Assembly (NCBI GenBank): GCA_964035545.1 | Contig: OZ037768.1 | Coordinates: 4,682,741 to 4,746,740, forward strand | Direction of reading: 5' to 3' | DNA length: 64,000 bases | Origin: Bugula neritina | Taxonomy: Eukaryota > Animalia > Bryozoa | Part shown: in pieces, positions 63,977 through 64,000 of the stretch | How positions within the stretch are numbered: position 1 is the stretch's first letter | Layout of the letters: every line of letters starts with the position of its first letter | The notes under the pieces: generated by a model | Databases searched by the model: none | Told to the model about the DNA's origin: nothing | What the model saw: the letters and a program-made list of their open reading frames with translations, nothing else | Translations under genes and position numbers: made by a program

Positions 63977-64000
63977 GTAAGTTTAATTAAAATAACTTAC

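Overview
AT-rich, intron-containing eukaryotic DNA from a compact animal genome; invertebrate origin is an inference and the species cannot be named from sequence alone. Bases 1-26 kb hold five tightly packed genes, alternating tail-to-tail and head-to-head: PHF20/PHF20L1-like (+, 18 coding exons), an MBD4/MeCP2-type MBD gene with no glycosylase domain (-), TBC1D31/WDR67 apparently ending before its coiled-coil tail (+), glomulin with an intronless CDS (-), and an F-box/LRR gene (+). About 26-46 kb is gene-poor, with SINEs, microsatellites, palindromes and a few exon-like islands. From ~46.5 kb to the window end is a >=36-exon adhesion GPCR (ADGRD/GPR133-like) with six tandem pentraxin/LamG-type modules, a GAIN/GPS domain and 7TM; it continues past the window. 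Main leads: (1) stepwise-drifting hexamer tracts next to the 5' ends of the five clustered genes, (2) the MeCP2-like glycosylase-less MBD protein, (3) the six-module adhesion GPCR with phase-1-bounded repeats and a 12-nt microexon. Exon models were built by hand from splice sites and frame continuity; family assignments rest on recalled motifs, not database searches.
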